Below are positions 30,633 to 32,000 of a stretch of 32,000 bases of DNA, one piece after another; positions within the stretch are counted from its first letter, which is position 1, and each line of letters starts with the position of its first letter. The position numbers were made by a program, and so were the translations under genes. The stretch spans positions 60,001 to 92,000 of the forward strand of contig NC_007181.1 in NCBI RefSeq assembly GCF_000012285.1. The letters are read 5' to 3'. Origin of the DNA: Sulfolobus acidocaldarius DSM 639. GTDB lineage: Archaea; Thermoproteota; Thermoprotei_A; Sulfolobales; Sulfolobaceae. Below the pieces are notes generated by a model. That model was not told the origin of the DNA, did not search any database, and saw only the letters and a program-made list of their open reading frames with translations.

Positions 30633-30952
30633 ACACCATGTATCTACACTGAATATACAAACCGTGTTTGTCTATTTAGAGTAACTTTTATATATATAGA
30701 AAATCTACTTGGAATATTAATTGCAAGATCTTTAGTGTAGTACCTAAGGTTTTATTAGTGCAAAAACATAAATGATCAACGTAGTAGTTTTAAGAAAAAT
30801 CAAGGAGTTTATTTTTCACTTAAAAAGGAGATTAGAATAATTGTTCTTATGCATATACCTCAAATGACAAAATGGTCTCATTATGTATGGTTTATGGGTC
30901 AAAATATGAGGTATTTGATAACCCTAGAAAGGAGCTCACAGTAAAATACGTT

Positions 30953-31410
30953 CTAGGTAAATTCGGTTAAACTTTTACACTCTCCTCCAAAGAATTCTTT
31001 CCAGTCTGAGCTAAAGTAAAACTTACAATCCACTTTTTCTCCTGCTAGGACTTTAGGTAACCATATCTTATCATCTTGCCACATTTCCTCGTACGGTGGT
31101 TCTTTGAGCCACATTGGTATACCTTCCTCACTTGCCCTTGGAATTCCCTCAAATTCTGTAACAAGATATACATGCATTAAATACTTTTCCTGACCGTAAA
31201 GAAATTCTATTTTACCTACTCTCTCTGACGAGAGGACTCTGATCCCCAACTCCTCGTAAAGTTCTCTTTCGACGCATTCTCTGGGTGTTTCTGTATCCCT
31301 TAATTTTCCTCCAGCTGAATTTATATAACCTGTTCCAATTCCTCTTAACTTTCTAATGAATAGAAAAAAATCTCCTCTTTTTACTACTCCTAAACATGTC
31401 TCCATGAATC

Positions 31411-31414
<4 letters not shown>
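30953..31414 (-). CDS. Nudix hydrolase (MutT-like)
   Basis: Complete Nudix box [24 protein letters not shown] (G-x5-E-x7-REUxEExGU). ATGA overlap with fumC. Confidence 0.85.

Positions 31415-32000
<586 letters not shown>

Overview
AT-rich, gene-dense window that is almost entirely coding. It reads as core chromosome of a Sulfolobales crenarchaeon. From memory, the GGPP synthase, the AglH-like GT4 enzyme and doxBCE look like Sulfolobus acidocaldarius; I cannot verify that here.

Gene order:
- tyrS (partial), a small acidic ORF and yjbQ, divergent from an AIR-synthase-like gene.
- The conserved archaeal block rps13-rps4-rps11-rpoD-rpl18e-rpl13-rps9-rpoN-rps2.
- A MEMO-like gene, a 229-aa unknown ORF, then type-2 IPP isomerase, GGPP synthase, an AglH-like GlcNAc-1-P transferase and a HAD phosphatase.
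- SRP (7S) RNA and a convergent tRNA-Ser(GCU).
- The doxBCE terminal quinol oxidase, then convergent tatD.
- A 53-aa Sso7c4-like AbrB gene that is missing from the ORF track, divergent from a winged-helix regulator.
- A moeA-mobA-methyltransferase-dph6 operon with divergent mobB.
- An RlmA-like methyltransferase, then a membrane protein plus glycine-zipper protein pair.
- A small ORF, a DtxR-like repressor and glycerate 2-kinase.
- An orphan ModB/WtpB-like ABC permease flanked by two small unknown ORFs.
- tpiA head-to-head with a DUF429-like gene, a CPA2 antiporter, an esterase, a Nudix hydrolase and fumC (partial).

I found no CRISPR array, transposase, integrase or recognisable defence or mobile island, and I do not see a convincing novel multi-gene system.

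The oddities most worth a second look:
1. The IDI2 frame has no canonical start codon for its conserved N-terminus. It overlaps the upstream ORF across slippery T5 and A4 runs.
2. That upstream ORF looks by eye like an eroded GHMP (mevalonate) kinase sitting in the syntenic MVK slot.
3. An overlapping glycine-zipper and 4-TM gene pair of unknown function.
4. An orphan ABC permease with no ATPase or binding protein.
5. Two long ORF-free spacers near the esterase gene.
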